In this document: positions 19,963 to 30,535 of the stretch, piece after piece | Layout: every line of letters begins with the position of its first letter | Numbering within the stretch: position 1 is the first letter of the stretch | Assembly: GCA_964602845.1 (NCBI GenBank) | Contig: CAZRSW010000004.1 | Location: forward strand, 13,893-77,892 | Direction: 5' to 3' | DNA length: 64,000 bases | Origin: an uncultured Dehalococcoidia bacterium | GTDB taxonomy: Bacteria; Chloroflexota; Dehalococcoidia; Lucifugimonadales; UBA826 | Made by a program: the position numbers and the translations under genes | Notes under the pieces: model-generated | Told to the model about the DNA's origin: nothing | The model's input: only the letters and a program-made list of their open reading frames with translations | The model's database searches: none

Positions 19963-22900
19963 ATGAGTATTTTCAATCTAACAGAAATTTTAGAAACAAC
20001 CGTTGAATACAGGCGATTAATAGCTGCCACAGCTAGCCAATCGAGCAAAGTTAGTATTCAAGTGATAGACGAAGCAGTGCCCTTTCTGATCACCAAACTA
20101 TGGTCAGACCTCAAAGCGCCCGTACTGTTAATTTGCCCAACACCAGAACTTGCCGAAAGATTAAAGGAAAGGGTCACGGGATGGGCTGAAGGACAAATTA
20201 CCCCATTAAGGTTCGTAGAAACAGAAGCATTGCCATTTGAGAAAATAACAACTGACACTGACACTTCACGTACTAGGATCGAAGTACTTAATCAATTGAG
20301 CGCAATGTCAAATTCACCTCATATATTGATCACATCTGTCGCCGCTCTTGCACAAACAACTATAGACCTAAAATCCTTCCAAAATACCAGGCAAACCTTA
20401 AGAGTCAACGATATAACCAGCATCGACCATATGATGGAAAAATGGATTCAATCTGGTTATACGTTTGTACCAAATGTTTATGTGCCAGGCACGGCAAGTC
20501 GACGCGGAGGAATCTTGGACATCTACCCAAGTAGTTCAGAGGCGCCTTACAGAATTGAATTTGATGACAACCAGATTTGTAGCTTACGACGCTTCAATCC
20601 ATCAACACAGAGGTCACAGGAACAAATAGAGTCAATAGAGATAATGCCGGCAGTAGAGACATTACCAACAGTGGTCGACAAAAGTAAGGTGGAAAAGATA
20701 CTTACTGGCTTGGACCTCTCAAATTGTAGTGTTAGTACGTCTGAAAACTTTCGACAGGATATGCATTCGCTACTTGAAGGACATTACGTGGAAAATATCG
20801 ACATGTATTCAGGCTTCTTCAATCATGGAAATTTACTGGACTATTTTCCTAAGAACGGCTTGATCATCAAATATCGACCCTCTGACCTCAACGCATCAGC
20901 ATGGGATACGGAAGAGCGGATCGCGGAACTACGGTCTACAAAGGAACGGAGGGGCGATATCCCCTATAGATTTCCATCAAATCGTCTCACATGGAAAACA
21001 CTAGAAAGATTACTCGACGGATGGGATAGACAATTAAATATAATGCCTTGGGGGGCAGATGATCTTGTACATCACAACATCCATATCATGCCATTTAGTT
21101 CACCACCACTACATTACGGCAACCTAGAAACCATTATGAGTGATGCTGAGGAAATACGGAAAAATCAAGGCCTGTTCGTAGCACAAACAGCACACGCAAA
21201 AAGCCTATCGGAAATTTTTCAGGCTAACGATGTAGAACATGATTTACAGATCAACATGGAGAAATGCCCAGCACCGGGAAGCTCTACATTGATCCAAAAG
21301 CCATCTCATAGCATAGGAGATGGCTTTGTCTTGAACAATATCGGTAAACGCCTAATGCTAATGGGCGACACCGAGATATACGGAGTTAAGAAAAAACGCC
21401 GCACTGCCCAAAGGAGGTCAGCACAAAGGGAGGCATTTTTTGAGGAAATAGAACCAGGGGACTACGTAGTACATGTTGAACATGGCATAGCCAAATTCTT
21501 AGGAACAGGAACCCCTTCTGAACAAGACAGCGAACAGGAGTACATGATATTACAATACGCACAGGGTGATAGGTTATACGTGCCATTTGATCATCTAGAC
21601 AGAGTAGCAGCGTATGTTGCCCCAATGGAAAAATCCCCATCTTTAACACGACTAGGTACCCAGGAATGGTCTAGGACAAAATCCAGAGTAGAAAAGTCAA
21701 CCAAAGAAATGGCTTCAGAACTTCTCTCTTTGTATGCTGAAAGGGAGCTTGCTGAAGGCCATGCGGCCGCGCCAGATACGAAATGGCAACGAGAATTGGA
21801 AGCATCCTTCCCTTTTGAAGAAACACCAGATCAACTAACGACACTTGCTGAAATAAAGTATGACATGGAGTCAAATAGGCCTATGGACAGGTTAGTGTGT
21901 GGTGACGTCGGCTATGGAAAAACTGAGATTGCTCTAAGAGCCGCCTTCAAGTCCGTAATGGAAGGTTATCAGGTAGCGGTTCTGGTACCGACAACCGTCC
22001 TAGCACAACAACACTATGAAACATTCAAGGATAGGATGAAAGCATACCCTACAAAATTATCTGTCCTCAGTAGATTCCGATCGGCCAGTGAGCAAAAACA
22101 AATCTTAGAGAAAATCAAAGACGGGTCTATCGATATATGTATAGGAACACATCGACTGGTACAAAAAGACGTGAACTTCAAGAAATTGGGACTTGTTATT
22201 ATCGACGAGGAACAACGATTTGGAGTGGCACACAAGGAAAAATTAAAACAGATGAGAAAACAGGTGGACGTATTGACGTTAACGGCCACTCCAATCCCTC
22301 GCACGTTACACATGTCTTTAGCAGGGGTTAGGGATATGAGTACCATAGAAACAGCACCAGATGAAAGGCTCCCCATAAAAACGTACGTATCGGAGTTTAA
22401 TGACGATCTAATCAGAGAAGCCATTCTCAGAGAATTGGACAGGCAAGGACAAGTATATTTCCTTCATAACCGAATCTATAATATCGAGCACATGTCGGAA
22501 CGTATAAGGTCCTTGGTCCCCGAAGCCCGTATCGGCATTGCTCACGGTCAGATGCCAGAAGGAGAATTGGAAAAGTCCATGGCATTGTTTTCCAGCGGGC
22601 AAACCGATGTACTCATCTGCACCACAATAATCGAGTCCGGACTAGACATACCTAATGCCAATACACTTATCGTCAACAGAGCAGATTTTTTTGGCCTATC
22701 CCAACTTTACCAGTTGAGAGGACGTATCGGAAGAAGTTCCCAAAGAGCGTATTCGTACCTCCTAATACCAAGTGCTCGAAACGTAACCGAGGCGGCGGAA
22801 AGACGCCTGAAAGCAATGCTTTCTGCGACGGGGTTGGGATCAGGTTTCAAGATAGCGATGAAGGATTTAGAGCTCCGCGGTGCAGGAAGCATTTTAGGAT

Positions 22901-23505
22901 CAGAACAGAGTGGTCACATCCATTCCGTAGGATTCAATCTTTACACTCGTATACTTTCGGAGGCCGTGGAAGAATTAAGATTCCGAGAGACTAATGGTGA
23001 TACGACAAACATTAAGGACAGTGGATCATGGTCAGATGTCCTTATAGATCTGGGTATTCCCTCTGGATTACCTAAAGAATACATACCTGATCTGCCAACA
23101 AGATTAGACATATACCATAAGCTCATCAGTACTAGAACATTGGATGCAGCGCAACTACTAGAAAGTGAATTAATTGACAGATTTGGTTCGCTCCCATGGC
23201 AAGTTGAAAACCTTTTATTCAGTCTACGCCTCAAGATCACTACCATAGGTTCAGGAATAGAATCAATCCAGCGGATCGGTGACAAAATCATTCTGCAGTT
23301 CCCTTACGAGATACAATCATCGCGGAAAATCTTCGAAGGGATTCTTGGTGAGAAATGGAAGATAGGGAACATGCAAATACGATCCACAATCAGCCAATTA
23401 GGCACCGATTGGGAAAAAACATTATACGTTGTTATAAAAACCTTGTCTGATTTCAAGAGAGATATGGAAAAGAGATTAGACGAATCAGCTTTGATTCAAT
23501 CCTGA
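19963..23505 (+). CDS. mfd: Transcription-repair coupling factor
   Basis: 1180 aa. UvrB-homology N-terminus, CarD-like domain (GDYVVHVEHGIAKF), helicase motifs GDVGYGKTE and DEEQRFG, and a TRG motif region. Confidence 0.95.
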   Translation: MSIFNLTEILETTVEYRRLIAATASQSSKVSIQVIDEAVPFLITKLWSDLKAPVLLICPTPELAERLKERVTGWAEGQITPLRFVETEALPFEKITTDTDTSRTRIEVLNQLSAMSNSPHILITSVAALAQTTIDLKSFQNTRQTLRVNDITSIDHMMEKWIQSGYTFVPNVYVPGTASRRGGILDIYPSSSEAPYRIEFDDNQICSLRRFNPSTQRSQEQIESIEIMPAVETLPTVVDKSKVEKILTGLDLSNCSVSTSENFRQDMHSLLEGHYVENIDMYSGFFNHGNLLDYFPKNGLIIKYRPSDLNASAWDTEERIAELRSTKERRGDIPYRFPSNRLTWKTLERLLDGWDRQLNIMPWGADDLVHHNIHIMPFSSPPLHYGNLETIMSDAEEIRKNQGLFVAQTAHAKSLSEIFQANDVEHDLQINMEKCPAPGSSTLIQKPSHSIGDGFVLNNIGKRLMLMGDTEIYGVKKKRRTAQRRSAQREAFFEEIEPGDYVVHVEHGIAKFLGTGTPSEQDSEQEYMILQYAQGDRLYVPFDHLDRVAAYVAPMEKSPSLTRLGTQEWSRTKSRVEKSTKEMASELLSLYAERELAEGHAAAPDTKWQRELEASFPFEETPDQLTTLAEIKYDMESNRPMDRLVCGDVGYGKTEIALRAAFKSVMEGYQVAVLVPTTVLAQQHYETFKDRMKAYPTKLSVLSRFRSASEQKQILEKIKDGSIDICIGTHRLVQKDVNFKKLGLVIIDEEQRFGVAHKEKLKQMRKQVDVLTLTATPIPRTLHMSLAGVRDMSTIETAPDERLPIKTYVSEFNDDLIREAILRELDRQGQVYFLHNRIYNIEHMSERIRSLVPEARIGIAHGQMPEGELEKSMALFSSGQTDVLICTTIIESGLDIPNANTLIVNRADFFGLSQLYQLRGRIGRSSQRAYSYLLIPSARNVTEAAERRLKAMLSATGLGSGFKIAMKDLELRGAGSILGSEQSGHIHSVGFNLYTRILSEAVEELRFRETNGDTTNIKDSGSWSDVLIDLGIPSGLPKEYIPDLPTRLDIYHKLISTRTLDAAQLLESELIDRFGSLPWQVENLLFSLRLKITTIGSGIESIQRIGDKIILQFPYEIQSSRKIFEGILGEKWKIGNMQIRSTISQLGTDWEKTLYVVIKTLSDFKRDMEKRLDESALIQS

Positions 23506-24200
23506 CAAAGAACTCCCGCCAAATCAGATAGGTTTTCAATTCGTTTACATCGAGAAAACCCTCTGTGATTACCGTCTCTGTCCAATAGAACAGGGGTGAT
23601 ACCTACCTTTTCCGCGCCACAGATGTCAGACTCAACTTGGTCGCCAACATGCATAGCTTCAGATATTGAAACCTTAGCCTGTCGCAACGCCTCTTTGAAG
23701 ATAGTAGGGTGGGGCTTTTCCATACCTACTTCAAGGGACGTTACAGCAAGATCAATATAATCCTGGAGAAAGAATTTAGAGACCAAATCTCTCCCCGACA
23801 TGTTCATATTCGATATCAGACCTAGAGTAATACCCCTCTTCTTCAAAAGATCAAGAATGGGAAACACGTCATCATAAACTACCAAGTCATAAGGTATATT
23901 TCTTATTGCCAGCCACACTTTTCCTGCAGTCGAATGATCAACTCTCACTCCGCTTCCAGCAAGAATTAGTCGCTCATATTCACAAAAAAACTTAAATTTT
24001 TCTCCTTCTGACATTAATCTTAAAGGTCTAGTGATATTCTGCTTCCCCATAAACTTGTCGGCCTCAGAATAACCTTTCAAAACCCCTTTTCTAGTCACGG
24101 TTATATTAAAGTCGGCGCACGCTTGAGATTGAATTTCAAATCTGGAAGGGCTAAACCCCGCCAACGTACCATAAATATCAAAGAATACTGCCTTAATCAT
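23496..24200 (-). CDS. HAD-superfamily hydrolase (haloacid dehalogenase-like subfamily)
   Basis: Motif I is FFDIYGTL (the DxYGT variant seen in 2-haloacid dehalogenase-type HADs), followed by ISN and a VGDQVESDI motif IV. Its 3' end overlaps the mfd 3' end by 10 nt (convergent). Confidence 0.8.
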   Translation of the reverse strand: MIKAVFFDIYGTLAGFSPSRFEIQSQACADFNITVTRKGVLKGYSEADKFMGKQNITRPLRLMSEGEKFKFFCEYERLILAGSGVRVDHSTAGKVWLAIRNIPYDLVVYDDVFPILDLLKKRGITLGLISNMNMSGRDLVSKFFLQDYIDLAVTSLEVGMEKPHPTIFKEALRQAKVSISEAMHVGDQVESDICGAEKVGITPVLLDRDGNHRGFSRCKRIENLSDLAGVLCQD

Positions 24201-24262
24201 TTCAACATTATGATAGCATCCATAAGAATTAATATTTGCAAGCGGTACAAAAGAGGTTTTGA

Positions 24263-25282
24263 ATGCGCACAGGTAAATTAAGCCAGGAGTTTCTTTCGGA
24301 TCTCCTGAAATCTGTCCCGTTATCGGATCCTCGAGTCCACTTGGGTCCTGAAGTTGGGGAAGATGCAGCGCTGATTGACATCGGTGACAAATATCTGGTC
24401 GCTAAAACGGACCCCATAACATTTACTACAAAAGACATCGGCTGGTATGCGGTTCAGGTAAATACTAATGATATTGCGGTAATGGGGGCTACTGCCAAGT
24501 GGATGCTAGCCACTATATTGTTGCCCGAGTCAGTAGAAGAAGAGGCCATCCGAAATATTTTTCAGCAAATGACAAAAGCATGTACCGATCTCTGTATTAA
24601 TCTTGTCGGGGGGCATACAGAGGTAACTGGCAAATTAGATAGACCACTCGTCATTGCTACAATGTTAGGCGAAGTTGACAAGGGTTCTGAGATTCTAACC
24701 TCTGGAGCAAAATCTGGAGATTCAATATTAATGACAAAAGAAATAGCTATTGAGGGTTCCTCAATACTAGCTCACGAAGCGGAAGAACATCTCCTTGCAA
24801 GTGGGATAGATGGAAGTTTAATTGGATTAGGAAAGAATTTGTTAACATCCCCTGGTATTAGCGTAGTACCGGAAGCCAAAGCTATCGCGTCAACGGGGAA
24901 AGTCAACGCTATGCATGATCCCACGGAAGGAGGCATAATTGGAGGGTTGCGAGAGCTGGCAGCATGCTCTGAATTGAGTGTTCATATATATGGAGACACG
25001 ATACCTAAATTGGATTGTACACGTTATTTTTGCGACGCCCTGAGCCTAGATCCTCTTGGACTGTTGGCATCCGGTTCTCTACTAGCTTGTGTGCCATCAA
25101 ACGACGAAATGATGATCATCAATTTACTTGCCAATAATGGAATCATAGCTTGCAAGATAGGTGAGATGACAGACGTATCGCTAGGGAATCAAATTACTTA
25201 TGGAGATATCACAACTAATCTACCGTATTTTGATCGAGATGAATTGGCAAGATACTTTTCAGAATCTGCTGACATCCAATAA
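24263..25282 (+). CDS. AIR synthase-related (PurM/ThiL/HypE-like) protein
   Basis: GEDAALID...KTDPITF...NDIAVMGA...GGHTEV...MHDPTEGG blocks of the PurM-like ATP-grasping fold. Specific function not assignable. Confidence 0.7.
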   Translation: MRTGKLSQEFLSDLLKSVPLSDPRVHLGPEVGEDAALIDIGDKYLVAKTDPITFTTKDIGWYAVQVNTNDIAVMGATAKWMLATILLPESVEEEAIRNIFQQMTKACTDLCINLVGGHTEVTGKLDRPLVIATMLGEVDKGSEILTSGAKSGDSILMTKEIAIEGSSILAHEAEEHLLASGIDGSLIGLGKNLLTSPGISVVPEAKAIASTGKVNAMHDPTEGGIIGGLRELAACSELSVHIYGDTIPKLDCTRYFCDALSLDPLGLLASGSLLACVPSNDEMMIINLLANNGIIACKIGEMTDVSLGNQITYGDITTNLPYFDRDELARYFSESADIQ

Positions 25283-25380
25283 ACCATTAAACTCAAACGA
25301 ACCAATTCACCCCAAATGAGAGATACATGAACTTGAAAGACATGGATTGAGAAGCTATAAATTACAAAAATCAACCTGCA

Positions 25381-25872
25381 TTGAGGATAAATCTATTGAT
25401 AATAGAAGGTAAATACATATTCGACGCCCCGCTCCTTGCAGTCTGGAATCATCTACAGTCTCCAGAAGCGATTGCTGGATGCATTCCAGGATGCGACAGA
25501 TTTGAACCCGCCGGAGAAAACCAATTTAACGTAGAAATGAATGTCAAAGTGGCCGCAATAAGAGGAAAGTATTCCGGCACTGTTGCAGTGTCAGATATTT
25601 CCTATCTAGAGACTTATACTATGACAGTCACAGGAAGAGGAACTGGAGGCAATATAAAAGCTACAGGGATCCTAAACTTTACAGCTGTAGACAACCATAC
25701 TGAAGTGTCTGTTTCAGGGGAGGCACAAGTTACTGGATTAATTGCTAGAGTCGGTCAACGCATCATGAGTGGAGCCTCAAGGATGCTGATGAATCAATTC
25801 TTCACGTGCATGAAATCGCACATAGAACCCGATACTAATCTACTGACAAACGACGATCAGGAGCTTGAATAG
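25381..25872 (+). CDS. SRPBCC/CoxG-like protein
   Basis: IEGKYIFDAPLLAVWNHLQSPEAIAGCIPGCDRFE resembles the N-terminus of CoxG-family proteins. The start is uncertain (TTG at 25381 or TTG at 25396). Confidence 0.6.
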   Translation: MRINLLIIEGKYIFDAPLLAVWNHLQSPEAIAGCIPGCDRFEPAGENQFNVEMNVKVAAIRGKYSGTVAVSDISYLETYTMTVTGRGTGGNIKATGILNFTAVDNHTEVSVSGEAQVTGLIARVGQRIMSGASRMLMNQFFTCMKSHIEPDTNLLTNDDQELE

Positions 25873-25948
25873 TGGATAAAAGATACCATCATCGATAAGT
25901 GGTGACACTAAAGGTGCCCAAATTGCCACAACTGAGCTTTCAATAAAT

Positions 25949-26569
25949 TCAGTCTAGCTCCTTATAAAGGATCCTGTTACTCTTCACGTCAAGATCTACC
26001 TCTTCATCGGCTTCTAATAATAACCTAGCATTATTCCACAGTCCGGACTCACTAATGGCACCAACCCAGCGACCTAGCACTCTGCCATCACGATTGATAA
26101 AAAACGTGACAGGTAATCCTGTAACACCATAATCGATAGTGATTTGGCCTCCATGATCGAGAATGTTAGGAAAGGTTATCCCAAAATCCTTCAGATATTT
26201 GAGTGCATCTTCTTCAGTATCTTGGACATTAACCCCCAATAAGACTAACCCAGAGTCCATGTTTTCACGCCATATCTTTTCCAATCCAGGCGCTTCAGCC
26301 CTACAGGGAGGACACCAAGAAGCCCAAAAGTTAATCATGACGGGCATCCCTTCATAGTCGGCCAATGACACTACTCGGCCAGTGCCTAAATCCAACGATT
26401 CAAAAGGGGGTGATTGTTTGCCAACGAGAACTTCTCCACTTCTCCCCGTGGCTGAAGTTTTACCGATTAAGCCCAAGGCCATTAATGCCATGAATCCAGC
26501 GATCAGACCGGCCAAACCCATAATCACTAAGCCCTTGATTAATCTACTGGAGTTAACCTTTTCAGCCAT
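25949..26569 (-). CDS. Membrane-anchored thiol:disulfide oxidoreductase (TlpA/ResA/DsbE family)
   Basis: N-terminal TM helix followed by a thioredoxin fold with WASWCPPC. Confidence 0.85.
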   Translation of the reverse strand: MAEKVNSSRLIKGLVIMGLAGLIAGFMALMALGLIGKTSATGRSGEVLVGKQSPPFESLDLGTGRVVSLADYEGMPVMINFWASWCPPCRAEAPGLEKIWRENMDSGLVLLGVNVQDTEEDALKYLKDFGITFPNILDHGGQITIDYGVTGLPVTFFINRDGRVLGRWVGAISESGLWNNARLLLEADEEVDLDVKSNRILYKELD

Positions 26570-26764
26570 ATAACAAAATTCGCTGGATCATATAGAGCAT
26601 TTTTTCAACGCACCACACTAATCTCTGTTGGTAGGCCCTTAACAGAATTACGGCGGACCTGGTCACAGATAACTCATCACACCCTGGTATGACCCATACA
26701 TAGACCTGACTACCCACCTCCATCTCCTAAAACCGGAAATATAAATCCCAAGAGATATTAACTT

Positions 26765-28405
26765 TTAAAAGGTCGATACTTTCCTATCCAAGCTTGTGTG
26801 AACATCAATCAAAACTGTTTTCCCGTCCGCATTTAATCTTCTGGCCTCAGAAATCGCACTAGCGATCTCCCCTGGTTCTGTCACAGTTATCCCTACAGCT
26901 CCTAAGCCTTCGGCTATTTTGGCGTAGTCACCGGTCATATGTGTAGTCCCGAAAGATTCTTTTGCGGTAGGATACCCCCCTGGGTACGTCGCCATGCCAC
27001 CATTATTTAGAACAACGGTTGTTATGGGGGCTCCAGCTCGTACTGAGGTTTCAATATCAAGGCCCGACATACCAAAAGCTCCATCACCCATAAAATTAAG
27101 ACAGAATTTGTCCGGACAAGCAAGCTTTACACCTGTCATAAGCGGTATACCATACCCAAGGTGAGTCGTTTTACCCCAGCCCACATAGCTATGAGGAACT
27201 GTGGCAGTGTAAAATGGCATTATCATATCCCGAGGGGCACCAGCATCATGGGTAACCACACTATTCTCCTTGTCCAAACCACGTTCCAATTCTCCTATAA
27301 CACGATACGCACTTATCGGAACCTCATCTGACGACAAGAGAGCAACCCATTCATTCATCCATTCCTTATGTATATCGGCTATCTGCTGAGCCACGCCAGT
27401 CGTACCTCTCTTCCCCCCCTCACCTAGCTGCCGTTTTGCCTCACTAATCAAATTTTGGAGGGTGAGTTTCGCATCACCCACTAGTCCAACGTCTACAGAA
27501 AAATCTTTGTTTAAATCGGAAATTGTTTCCGTGTTGTGAATCATTAGTTTCCCATCTGGAATAGGCTGCCCATAGCCAGTTCTAGTCAGACTGGACCCTA
27601 CTCCCAATAAGACATCCGACTCCTGTAACCATTCCCAAGCCTCTTTAGAGGTAGCAGCACTTCCTGATCCCAATGACAACGGATGTCTTTGATCAAACCC
27701 AGACTTCCCAGGCATCGTGCAGTAAACAGGTATTTCCATCAACTCTGCAAATTCCTGTAACTCCTTGGTTGCACCGGACAAGAGGACCCCCATCCCTGAC
27801 CAAATAACTGGCTTTTTCGCAGAGGCTAACAGTTTGACAGCCTCAACAACATCTGCTTGATCTGGGGCAAATCTATGCCTTTTGGGAGGTGAATAAGACG
27901 CCAATATATCCTCGTCAATCTCCATTGCTCCTATGTCTTGGGGAATTTCAACTATTACTGGACCAGGACGTCCGTTCCGCAATGCATGAAATGCCCTCCT
28001 CATGACTGCAGTCACCTGGGAAGGTTGGAAAATGACTTCGGAAAAGACAGAGACCGATTCGTAGGTTCGAGCTGGTGAAAAATTTGGCTGTACCGACCTA
28101 GACGCTACCGGCGGACCACCTGGGAGATACAAGATAGGTACATTGTCGGCATAGGCTTGAGCAAGGCCTCCCATAGTATTCTCAGAACCGGGTCCTCCTT
28201 GTGTAATAAGTACTCCAAATTCCTCACGATTTTTCATGCGACTGAATCCATCAACTGCCATAGCCGCACCCCGTTCTTGCCTAAACATTATGGGATTAAT
28301 GCCAACTTTGGCGACAGATTCGATCAACTCATTTGACGGGAAACAACCTGTCCAAGTCACTCCTTCAACTCTTAAAATTCGAGCTACAGCGTCTATTACC
28401 TTCAT
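26765..28405 (-). CDS. Thiamine-diphosphate-dependent enzyme (acetolactate synthase large-subunit-like)
   Basis: N-terminal PYR domain (QGGPGSENTMGG). C-terminal ThDP motif GDGAFGMSG...VVLNNGG. 546 aa. Substrate not assignable. Confidence 0.8.
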   Translation of the reverse strand: MKVIDAVARILRVEGVTWTGCFPSNELIESVAKVGINPIMFRQERGAAMAVDGFSRMKNREEFGVLITQGGPGSENTMGGLAQAYADNVPILYLPGGPPVASRSVQPNFSPARTYESVSVFSEVIFQPSQVTAVMRRAFHALRNGRPGPVIVEIPQDIGAMEIDEDILASYSPPKRHRFAPDQADVVEAVKLLASAKKPVIWSGMGVLLSGATKELQEFAELMEIPVYCTMPGKSGFDQRHPLSLGSGSAATSKEAWEWLQESDVLLGVGSSLTRTGYGQPIPDGKLMIHNTETISDLNKDFSVDVGLVGDAKLTLQNLISEAKRQLGEGGKRGTTGVAQQIADIHKEWMNEWVALLSSDEVPISAYRVIGELERGLDKENSVVTHDAGAPRDMIMPFYTATVPHSYVGWGKTTHLGYGIPLMTGVKLACPDKFCLNFMGDGAFGMSGLDIETSVRAGAPITTVVLNNGGMATYPGGYPTAKESFGTTHMTGDYAKIAEGLGAVGITVTEPGEIASAISEARRLNADGKTVLIDVHTSLDRKVSTF

Positions 28406-28643
28406 CTAATAAGTCCTCCACTATTTGTATCTTGTACCACACTTTTTGTTGGTACAACTATCATGTACATTGCATAAAAACGGGCGCAATCACCATTGTA
28501 GATTGAGTTCACGTCTTTAATCAACCGGGGCAAGTTAACACTAATTTGGATGCCATATACATCTCGTGAGTTGTATCCAATGAGAGTACAATAGTTCCAC
28601 CTATGTTTACGCCATTGTTATATAGACTGAGTCCATTAGTAAT

Positions 28644-29381
28644 TTGAATATAGGATCAGAAGTCCATTACTTAGCCGACACGATATCCACCATGGAAGAA
28701 TGTCGACGCCTTGCCCTCCAAGGATATCCTGAAGGTACCGTTGTATTTGCAAATTCCCAGAAAGCCGGGCGAGGCCGTTTTTCTAGGTCTTGGATATCTC
28801 CACGTGGTGAAAATTTGCAAATATCGATTTTAATCAGGCCTTCTCCGCAGCAACTATCTCATTCCAATATGTCGGCAGCCTTGGCCATTTCTGATGCAGT
28901 AGAAGAAATCACCGGACAAGAAAGCCAAATAAAATGGCCCAACGATGTTGAAGTACTTGGGAAAAAGATAGCAGGTATATTGGTAGAATCTGAAATAACT
29001 AACAGGAACACATCTTACGCTATCATAGGGATAGGCTTAAATGTCAATTTACAACCAAAGTTGCACGGAGAAATAGCAGACAAAGCGACCAGCCTCGTAG
29101 AACTTTGTCAAAGATATGTGAGCCGCCCACAAACCCTACGAGTACTGATGCACCACCTAAATTATTATTATGACCTTGTTAAAAACGACATCTCTCTGTT
29201 AGAAATGTGGAAAGCTAAGCTCAATACCCTAGGTAAACTAATTAGCTTATCCACGCAGTCAGGGATAGTGTCAGGCATTGCAGAGTCCATAAACGAAGAT
29301 GGAACAATCAACATTCGACTTGATAACAACACTATATTCACAGGATCATCAGGTGAAGTAACGATGCAGAGACATTTTTAG
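28644..29381 (+). CDS. birA: Biotin--[acetyl-CoA-carboxylase] ligase (group I, no HTH domain)
   Basis: GRGRFSRSWIS (the GRGRxGRxW motif) and KWPNDV...GKKIAGILVE. The 245-aa length leaves no room for an N-terminal repressor domain. TTG start. Confidence 0.85.
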   Translation: MNIGSEVHYLADTISTMEECRRLALQGYPEGTVVFANSQKAGRGRFSRSWISPRGENLQISILIRPSPQQLSHSNMSAALAISDAVEEITGQESQIKWPNDVEVLGKKIAGILVESEITNRNTSYAIIGIGLNVNLQPKLHGEIADKATSLVELCQRYVSRPQTLRVLMHHLNYYYDLVKNDISLLEMWKAKLNTLGKLISLSTQSGIVSGIAESINEDGTINIRLDNNTIFTGSSGEVTMQRHF

Positions 29382-29426
29382 TCGACCTATCGCAAAATTG
29401 TTTTTTTTACGATTCAAGAGACAGGC

Positions 29427-29693
29427 CTAAGGAATCAGTTTCCGCACCATACTTTCGGCGATTTGAAGCACTATAATCAATACTATCGGCGAAAAATCGA
29501 ACATGCCGGTCCTCGGCAGCAGCCGTCGGATAGGAGAAAGAAGTGGCTCAGTGACAACCCAAGACAGTCGGAGTACATGAGCAAACGGATTATCCGCACT
29601 AACATTGAACCATGACCCGAGAACACGAATAAATATAGCTACCCAAATTACCTTGGCCAATATCCAAAGGAAGAAAAAAAGGAATTCGCCCAC
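29427..29693 (-). CDS. YggT-family membrane protein
   Basis: 88 aa with two TM segments and a PIRRLLP motif. The GTG start overlaps the proC stop by 1 nt. Confidence 0.75.
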   Translation of the reverse strand: MGEFLFFFLWILAKVIWVAIFIRVLGSWFNVSADNPFAHVLRLSWVVTEPLLSPIRRLLPRTGMFDFSPIVLIIVLQIAESMVRKLIP

Positions 29694-30496
29694 TAATTTA
29701 ATCCTAACTGCAAGGAACGATCATAAGCAGCCCTCACGGCCGTCATTATGGACCCCCTAAAACCTGCATTCTCCAAGGAAAGAATTGCCTCAATAGTCGT
29801 TCCGCCCGGAGACGTAACTAAATCTCTAAGAGAAGCCGTATGTTCTCCACTCAGCTTAACCATTTCTGTAGAACCTAAAACGGTCCCGATCGTAAGAACT
29901 TTTGCCATTTCTCTAGGCATACCTAAACTAACTCCACCATCAATTAATGCCTCTATGAAAAGCAACACATACGCCGGACCGCTTGCGCTCAGCGCAGTAG
30001 ACATATCCAATAATTTCTCATCATGGACAAAATATTCCTCTCCTACGGCATTTAATATCCTAGCGGTCAGAGCTCTATATTCTTCAGACACGGAGGGTGC
30101 ACAAGCCCATACCGACATGCTTTTACCTATCTGAGCAGCTGTATTAGGCATAACTCTTATCACGGTCGGATGATTAATGCTCATAGCTATTTTCTCTAGA
30201 GTCATACCAGCTACTATGGATATTACCACCTGGTCTTCCCTAAGATTATCTTTGAGAATGGGCATAACAGAAGACATGGTTTGAGGCTTAATAGCTAGTA
30301 TAACGACATCACTAGACTCAATAACTTCCTCATTACTTTCAGATACGTCAACGCCGTACTCAAGATGCAGATATTCAAGTTTGTTACTCAACGGATCAGA
30401 TACTACTATATCTCCAGATGAAAATACTCCAAAATCTAGGGTGCCTTTTATGAGTGCCTCCGCCATTACTCCACCACCGATAAATGATACTTTCAT
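29693..30496 (-). CDS. proC: Pyrroline-5-carboxylate reductase
   Basis: MKVSFIGGGVMAEAL, RVMPNTAAQIG, SGSGPAY-like SASGPAYV, and SPGGTT. Confidence 0.9.
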   Translation of the reverse strand: MKVSFIGGGVMAEALIKGTLDFGVFSSGDIVVSDPLSNKLEYLHLEYGVDVSESNEEVIESSDVVILAIKPQTMSSVMPILKDNLREDQVVISIVAGMTLEKIAMSINHPTVIRVMPNTAAQIGKSMSVWACAPSVSEEYRALTARILNAVGEEYFVHDEKLLDMSTALSASGPAYVLLFIEALIDGGVSLGMPREMAKVLTIGTVLGSTEMVKLSGEHTASLRDLVTSPGGTTIEAILSLENAGFRGSIMTAVRAAYDRSLQLGLN

Positions 30497-30535
30497 TGTT
30501 GGTCCCCCCCTTATTTTTACCCTGAGATACTATTG

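Noticed and set aside
23496-23505. 10-nt convergent overlap of the mfd and HAD-hydrolase 3' ends, as a possible regulatory antisense arrangement.
   Set aside because: Short convergent overlaps are common in compact genomes. There is no hairpin or other signal suggesting function.
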